This document shows positions 60,815-64,000 of a DNA stretch of 64,000 nucleotides, piece after piece. Under the pieces are notes generated by a model. It was not told the origin of the DNA, ran no database searches, and worked only from the letters and a program-made list of their open reading frames with translations. The stretch's first letter is position 1, and the number at the start of each line of letters is the position of its first letter. A program made the position numbers and the translations under genes. The DNA is from Massalongia carnosa. Taxonomy: Eukaryota. Location of the stretch: positions 2,852,001 to 2,916,000 of the forward strand of contig OZ287068.1 of the NCBI GenBank assembly GCA_965645245.1. Direction: 5' to 3'.

Positions 60815-61788
60815 ATGAATCCAGAGTGGTAAAAGGTCCTCTTACACGGAAGAAAAAGTACAGAGTACTAACATCACTGATCGAATAGAGTTATTTCCTC
60901 GAGACTGAAGCCAGAACATACCCTACTTTTGTAGTCTTCTTCATATGGATAGATTACTTCATGGAGCAGTCGGCAGCTTAGCTAACGAGCTTTCACTTGC
61001 AGATATGACTATCTATTCAAGCTCCTCTTGATTGGGGATTCCGGGGTTGGAAAGTCATGTCTATTGCTTCGGTTTGCCGATGATACATACACTGAAAGCT
61101 ACATTTCCACTATCGGGGTGGATTTTGTACGAGCTCCCATCCAACAAGCTAAAATTTCGCAAGGTGAGCTGACAACGATGGACAGAAAATCCGAACAATC
61201 GAGCTTGATGGCAAGACCGTAAAACTTCAGATCGTACGTAACGCAGTCAAGACAAACTTTCCAAGCTTATGCTTCTTCAGTGGGATACGGCGGGTCAGGA
61301 GAGATTCCGAACTATTACATCCTCATATTACCGTGGAGCGCATGGGATCTGTGTAGTCTACGACGTGACAGATATGGACTCGTTCAACAACGTTAAGCAG
61401 TGGCTTCAAGAAATCGACCGCTATGCTACAGAAGGCGTAAACAAACTCCTCGTGGGCAATAAAAGCGACATGTCGGATAAGAAAGTCGTTGAGTATACCG
61501 TCGCAAAAGTAAGTCTTACCGCTAGATTTCGACATGCCTGTCTTCTATCTATAGAGCACTGAATCGTTGACCTTTGCATTTACCACGCAACAGGAATTCG
61601 CCGATAGCCTTGGCATCCCATTTCTAGAAACATCGGCTAAGAATGCCTCCAATGTTGAACAAGCCTTTTTAACAATGGCACGACAGATCAAGGAGCGAAT
61701 GGGCACCACAACGGCCAATAACAAACCGACAGTGCAAGTCGGGCAAGGTCAAGGTGTGCAGTCAGGATCAGCGGGCGGCTGCTGCTAG
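60815..61788 (+). CDS. YPT1: Rab1/Ypt1 GTPase
   Basis: [54 protein letters not shown]-terminal GGCC. Confidence 0.98.
60826..61002 (+). other. Putative [D3,4] spliceosomal twin intron (stwintron) as YPT1 intron 1
   Basis: Internal intron 60829-60888 (GTAAAA...TACTAAC...TAG) splits the outer donor. Its removal yields GTG+AGT = GTGAGT. Outer branch GCTAAC and acceptor CAG at 61000-61002. Confidence 0.8.
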
Positions 61789-64000
61789 AATGAGAAACGA
61801 TGTTTTTGGGAGGAGCCATGGATGACATGGGGGGCGGACGCCACAAATTGCATGATGAGTTCGAGAACTATCGGCAGGAGGGCCGAAAACTTCTCTGCGT
61901 GGGTCAGGCTTGCCATGTATCGTTTACTATGAGTTTTGTGTCTGTGGCTTATGGAAGGGAGTCGGGCGATGTGTGCGTTTTAGACCAGTACATTTCTTCC
62001 ACCTTCTCTTTTTCTCTTAAGTGGAGCTTCGGAGGCGAGAATGAAGCTGTCGATAAACCCTTCTTCGCTTTTTAATGGGCTCCGGGTGGGAAGGAGCTTG
62101 TCGCAGTTAGTTCCGGGTTTCATTTTCTGGGATCACGTTTTACTCCCTTCAAATGCCACCAATCAACTATCTCCATTTATTTAACCTTTCCACAAAGCAA
62201 ATCAATTTCATCTATTAAATCATATCTGTAACTTTACAGATACAGAATATCTGCCATTCTTCCTTCGCTTCAACCTTCACACTAATTAACTGCCATGTCG
62301 TGTATGTGTATGTAGGTTAAACTCTTCTTCACCGTTTCAGAGCAGTAACTTACAGGTATAGAGAACTTCGTTTCTCATATTCTAAAGAAGTCATCGGGCA
62401 CCATGACTACTCCGTTCGTTTCCAATTATAAGTTCTTAGACAGTATTTAGAAGCGTTTGCTGACGTTGCTTTTCAGTTTTGAAAAACCTGCTCTGCCCAC
62501 CGATACTACTAGGTTCGGGTTTGGGGTTTATCGTATCACAAATTGGCTACGTGAGGAGATGGGACAAGGCTTTAAGGAAGCCAGAGAGGATAGTTGTCTT
62601 CTGAGAAAGGAGATACAAGCGGATGTGTCCTGTGAAAACGGAGGTACAAGATGTGAGCGACAGGATTTCAGAGCTCGATTCAAGATTTATGACGATGTCG
62701 GCCCAGACCATTAAAGAATATAGCAAGAGGAAGAGGTGAGATCATTCAGCGACGTCGAGATAGCATTGTGCGGCATTTACTTCGATTAGCCATCTAAAAT
62801 TCTTCATCTTCTAACCTAATTTCGCTATGTATCACGTATGTTTTCGAGGTATGCTATTTATATCTATATGGGATTCTACAAGAGATCTTTTCTTCAGGTG
62901 TCCTTCTTCCAACACTTCTTTTCCCGTCTTGCTTGGAGTCTTCTCCTTACTTGAGATAACCTTTCGTTAATTCGTTACCACGTCACTGCGGTAACTCGTT
63001 TGTTCATCCGCTCACTCGCTCACGTGAACGCTATGCTTACGTGGATAGGATAAACGGAAAGATGGTGGTTTAATTCATTCTAATCTTGTCTCTCTCCCCT
63101 TCCCCGCCTTCGTCTTTCACTACCTCGCATCCCTCTTCTTTCTATGTCTACCCACTCAAAAGGAAGAGTAAGGTCGAGTAAACTTCAAAATTTACTTAGT
63201 CATCCATCACTTATCTCCCTACTGACTTGCTGACCTACCAATATGGGGAAACCCCATTGTGCAAAACCGCGTATCTCATTTTCATTCCCAACGACGACGA
63301 CGAAGTAGGCCATCAGAGCACCACTGTAACAGCAAATAAAGGGGCTCTTGGAAGCTAAAATTTGGAGCGATGAGGACGAGGAAAGCTCAATAAAAGAGCA
63401 CAGAGTTACAACGAATATAGGCTCCGAAGCACATCAAAAACAGCGAAAAGATGGGTTCACCGGTCTCCTCCATTCTTCCCCTCTGGGCAACCCATATCTA
63501 CCTTCACGTTTCCCACGCCACCGTTCATCCTGACGCTCGTGAAGATTTCAGAGGGCACAGACACAGGCAATGAAGCAAGCCCGGCATTTCTAGGTATTGA
63601 GTTACAGTACCACCGCCACCGCATGGAATGGGATTACAGAAATGGCCCAATTACGTTTGGTCAAGACTTGCTATTTAATTGACCGCTATGGCTCTGTAGT
63701 TTTGTGATGTCCTTTCCCTAAAGGGGGGGCCTCATGTATCTAGAGGGGGGCAGGGGCTGATCAGGCCCCTTTTTTTAGAGGGTGGAGGAACTGCAGGAAA
63801 GGCACGCAAAGAAGCTAGTTTGATAAGGGAAAATATTTGGAATTTCCAAGACCTACATATTATACTAACCCCCTTTTAACTCCGGAGCTGAAGTGCGATG
63901 ATTTCCAGACTTTGAGGTCACGGGCTACAAAGGGTGCTTGAAGTATACCAGGTCAACACTCTCTTTCAGTGGGCTTGGGGAAATGGCTTTCTGAAGGTAT

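Noticed and set aside
62400..64000. Short ORFs and G/C-run inverted motifs at the window end
   Set aside because: No supportable gene or element boundary within the window.

Overview
A gene-dense, intron-rich window of nuclear DNA from a filamentous ascomycete (Pezizomycotina; short GT..CTRAC..YAG introns). It carries about 20 protein-coding loci. Housekeeping genes: RPN8, ADK1, PCF11, IWS1/SPN1, TOM5, NUP57, an NDUFA8-type complex I subunit, an EDC4/Ge-1-like protein, an M1 aminopeptidase, YPT1, SWS1-like and BLCAP/BC10-like. Other genes: two transporters, a USP, a class-3 lipase, a Pth11-like membrane protein and a But2-like secreted protein. Two pseudogenes are also present. Four observations stand out. 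(1) Three diverged copies plus a solo end of an IS630/Tc1/mariner-type (DD37/38E) transposon family have 5'-CAC...GTG-3' ends, are never flanked by TA, and in one copy have a 5-bp GC-rich target-site duplication. (2) The first intron of YPT1 reads as a nested [D3,4] spliceosomal twin intron. (3) A ~205-nt densely base-paired, oligo-T-terminated candidate ncRNA/SINE lies at 18.36-18.56 kb. (4) A 65-bp TA-flanked perfect-hairpin MITE sits just upstream of the BLCAP-like gene. All calls come from reading the sequence by eye; no searches were run, and exon boundaries were checked by hand only where stated.
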